From NCBI GenBank assembly GCA_000708835.1, contig DF237194.1:89309-125513 (forward strand): a stretch of 36,205 nucleotides of DNA, read 5' to 3'. Below, piece by piece: positions 34,335-36,205 of the stretch (within the stretch, counting starts at the first letter, position 1; every line of letters starts with the position of its first letter). The stretch comes from Klebsormidium nitens (lineage: Eukaryota; Plantae; Klebsormidiophyceae). Made by a program: the position numbers and the translations under genes. The notes beneath the pieces were generated by a model. That model was not told where the DNA came from and ran no database searches. It worked only from the letters and a program-made list of their open reading frames with translations.

Positions 34335-34530
34335 CCCAAAGCGCGCGCGCGCGCGCGCTGGAACTTGGCTAAATGAGCGCACTAGAGGCGTCATCAGATC
34401 GGCACGCTCTCCAGTCTAGTTTACTCTATGAGCGCACGCGCTCGCGACAGGCACCTTTGAATCGGGTGATTGGTGGCACACGTCAATTGCGCGATAAGAA
34501 GCGCGCGCGCGTGCGCGCTTGCGGGCGCCC
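34335..34530 (+). promoter_or_regulatory. R2 promoter cassette, copy D
   Basis: (GC)9 at 34341-34358, CAGTCTAG at 34412 and GCGCGCGCGCGTGCGCGC at ~34501. Confidence 0.45.
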
Positions 34531-34578
34531 GGCAAAACGTTCAACCAGAGATGAAGCCTGGAATGCATGCCCCAACGC

Positions 34579-34760
34579 ATGAGTGCCAGCTCGAGCACAG
34601 AATATCTGCGGGTGTTGTGCAATTGGGATTGCATTCGTCGATCATTGGCATTCGTCCCCAAGGATCATGGTCCGCCAGATCGGAGAGCCTTCTGGGCGGA
34701 CCAAACGCCCAGCTGTCTTGTTTCTTCCAACGGAAAGAAACCGAACTGACTCACTGATTA
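34579..34760 (+). pseudogene. Family R2 copy D, 5' end (may continue, highly diverged, toward the window end)
   Basis: ATG at 34579; GGCGGACCAAACGCCCAGCT (34695) vs GGCGGATCAAACGCCCAGCT (28101). A weak match ACACGAGAAG at ~35424 vs 32466 is unconfirmed. Confidence 0.5.
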
Positions 34761-36205
34761 CAAGATTACGCGCGGGAGACGTTGCACGTCGTATCTGGCC
34801 AACGGAAGAGTTGTCCACGGCTAGCAGTCCATGTCAGATTGAGTCTGAATTTGGAACTGATTAGAGCTCATCAAGGCATGCAATATCCTCAGACCTGGAT
34901 CTCGCCAGGGGTTTTGCTGCGTGCATGTGAAAGTCGGACACTCAAACGGCTAGTCATGTAACTCCTACCTTTGACAAATCGTGCATTCAATGGATTTCTG
35001 CATCCCCAGTCGCTTGGCCCTTGTTGGAAGTATCATGACGCGCATTTACAGATTCGTGATCGTCTCTTAATCAGCAAACGGCTCGATAGGTTCTAGTGGC
35101 AATTGGCTTCAGAGAACAGAGGCACTCGTGACTTCCTGTCCATGAAGTGCTCGGAATGACGTCAGCGATTGCCCAATGATCCTTGCCGACATCACTAGTC
35201 TAAAAGCTGACCAGCTGTTACGTAAGGTCACGAGCCATTTCAAATGTTGAAGACAACAAACTTTACAATATTTTTGGGGAATCCGGATAGAGTGACTTGA
35301 TTCCAAGCGTTAAACTCATTTCATGCAAATGATATGGAAACTTGACACACAGAGACAGTTGAATATGTTGCTGTGTCACTCGCGTCTGCGAAAGAAAACG
35401 TCGATAATTCGTGTAATATCTTAGACACGAGAAGTCTAAGGACGATAAAATGGAATATATAAAAGAAATCAACGCCTCTCTTAAACTCCATTACAGGCTC
35501 GGAGCAATGAGTTGACTCGGTTCAGACTAGGCTTAGCATGTCCATGACAAGCCACGTCACTGCTCAAATCATCCTGGTGACCCTTGGTAGAGAACCATCC
35601 TGGAAGTCGAAAGCCCGCCGGCCTTCCTTACAACACAGCTGCGAGATTCGATGGATAAATATAGCTCAGAGAGGCAGTGGCGCAGCGTCCTGGCCCTCTG
35701 AACCGAAGCCTGCTTTTGATGCGTTGGCCGCGGTTCTGCTTCTGACTGGATGAAGCCAGAGGATATATGACCGAAGTTTCGATCGAGGAGTCAACAACGC
35801 CGGTCTGAAAAGTAGCGTAACCAGGCTTCTTTCGAAACCGAGACCTCATGTTTAAAACGGTCAGGAAATCCTATCTGCCCGCAACAAAGCGTTTGCTTCG
35901 CTCGGGTAGATGCGCTTTGCAGGGCGTGATCCGTACCCCTGCTGATCGGACTCAAAGACTGCAAATCACCGCTGATTCGATCGGGTTGGAACACAGAGAG
36001 AGAGCGCGCCGGAAGTGGGCGCTTCTGATACAAAACACCATAATTTTTTTGTATTTTCTCCATCAATATGGCTCGGGTCGCTCCTCACATGGATACGTGT
36101 GTAGCTTCTACACGCATCACGAGGCGCAAAAATTGCATAATCGCCAACAATCTGACGGCGCAGAATGCTCGCAGCTTTGAATTCGAAAGACTTTGCAGTA
36201 ACCCT

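Noticed and set aside
200-36180. The many 60-180 aa ORFs in the supplied track as genuine CDS
   Set aside because: They are overlapping, often antisense or alternative-frame fragments of decayed genes, most with non-ATG starts. None could be supported as an intact gene.
1-36205. tRNA, rRNA, CRISPR array, LTR/TIR transposon, Helitron end
   Set aside because: The GTTCGA words checked lack a paired T-stem. I saw no rRNA signatures, no regularly spaced identical repeats with unique spacers, no terminal repeats and no transposase, RT or Rep-helicase motifs.

Overview
I found no intact recognisable gene, RNA gene, CRISPR array or transposase in this window. It reads as a graveyard of roughly 15 decayed, gene-sized (1-3 kb) coding remnants. 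Reading frames persist for hundreds of codons but are broken by scattered stops and frameshifts. Most remnants start next to a short CG-rich island; 11 GCGGCCGC sites and several (GC)n runs cluster in these islands. Hand alignment resolves two multicopy families. Family R1 is on the minus strand: copies a (~10.75-12.56 kb), b (~12.59-15.05 kb) and c (~18.96-19.95 kb), plus weaker relatives near 8.2 kb and 4.9 kb. Family R2 is a plus-strand tandem array with a ~3.7-3.9 kb period and up to five copies (Z, A, B, C, D; 22.7-34.8 kb). Its full-length ancestor had about 1,050 codons. Synonymous differences between copies show both families were once protein-coding under selection. I cannot assign either to a known family. 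Several stops are CAA/CAG to TAA/TAG changes relative to a sister copy. The layout suggests a eukaryotic accessory region, a decayed giant mobile element or an endogenised DNA virus; this is inference and no hallmark gene was recognised. All alignments and boundaries are by eye and approximate.
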